From positions 32,924,001-32,988,000 of the forward strand of contig CM119371.1 of the NCBI GenBank assembly GCA_051294905.1: a DNA stretch of 64,000 nt. Direction: 5' to 3'. The DNA comes from Botryllus schlosseri (taxonomy: Eukaryota). The translations under genes were made by a program, and so were the position numbers. Under the pieces are notes generated by a model. The model ran no database searches, had not been told where the DNA came from, and worked only from the letters and a program-made list of their open reading frames with translations. This document shows, in pieces, positions 63,994 to 64,000 of the stretch; position 1 is the stretch's first letter, and every line of letters starts with the position of its first letter.

Positions 63994-64000
63994 CGCATTC

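Larger units (their letters stand above)
60737..64000 (-). mobile_element. 3' part of an I/Nimb-type non-LTR retrotransposon, split by 60973-62459
   Basis: ORF2 continues at 60972-60825 once the insertion is removed; short 3' UTR and ACCC-type tail ending near 60737. Confidence 0.9.

Overview
Eukaryotic (animal, probably invertebrate) genomic DNA that is mostly layered transposable elements; it is not prokaryotic, so most short ORFs in the track are noise. Main contents: (1) 1-5481 is probably the eroded right arm of a Polinton/Maverick, ending in ...CTACTTAACTACT. (2) One apparently intact orphan host CDS (main exon 15403-16130). (3) A full-length but dead Mag-like Ty3/Gypsy LTR retrotransposon (22504-32309) split by three DNA-transposon insertions. 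(4) The 3' part of an RNase H-bearing I/Nimb-type LINE (minus strand, ~60737-64000) split by a long-TIR element. (5) More than 20 non-autonomous hAT-type elements, many with readable 8-bp TSDs, including a six-level nest at ~55.6-60.7 kb. (6) Two copies of a tRNA-derived SINE, Penelope and Chapaev3 relics, a degenerate hammerhead-ribozyme motif, and two tentative Ig-domain pseudogene relics. I cannot establish a new biological system from the sequence alone. The best leads are the Polinton arm, the orphan gene, the Ig-like relics and the long-TIR elements with unexplained interiors. All alignments and counts were done by eye.
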